64,000 bases of DNA from Mobula hypostoma (lineage: Eukaryota): assembly GCF_963921235.1 (NCBI RefSeq), contig NC_086104.1, positions 40,424,001 to 40,488,000 of the forward strand, given 5' to 3'. The translations under genes were made by a program, and so were the position numbers. The notes under the pieces are model-generated. The model saw only the letters and a program-made list of their open reading frames with translations. It did not search any database and was not told where the DNA came from. Position 1 is the stretch's first letter; every line of letters starts with the position of its first letter. Shown here piece by piece: positions 63,910-64,000 of the stretch.

Positions 63910-64000
63910 TATGTTATATTCAAATTGCAGCACCTGTGAAATTTCATGTTTATTCAGAAACTAAAATTTTTATTCTTTGATGCCATTCAAAATAGGAATA

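Overview
Vertebrate genomic DNA, most likely a cartilaginous fish (shark or ray), inferred from its CR1, Penelope and V-SINE repeat families. It carries the conserved BICRAL-TBCC-PRPH2-(UBR2) block. On the minus strand are the CpG-island promoter and two coding micro-exons of BICRAL (15636-15676, 10018-10066; MDDDDDRDLRDVIG/DVQALNDFLHGSGSQE), which the ORF track misses. On the plus strand are an intronless TBCC (38614-39657, 347 aa) and a complete three-exon PRPH2 (44979-45559, 45741-45987, 55973-56200; 351 aa). Much of the rest is nested transposon debris: CR1, Rex1/Babar-like, L2, Penelope-like, Tc1, hAT, Gypsy and several tRNA-SINEs. The most notable observations are seven decayed hammerhead-ribozyme motifs in Penelope termini, a CpG-rich Penelope relic abutting the TBCC core promoter, two nearly identical young CR1 copies (one nested in a minisatellite inside a Penelope relic), a MetaSINE-like element with a perfect 12-bp TSD, SINEs sharing a head but not a tail, a very short PRPH2 intron 1, and a perfect 18-bp hairpin. 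No wholly new multi-gene system is evident. Family names come from recognised motifs, not database searches, and TE boundaries are approximate.
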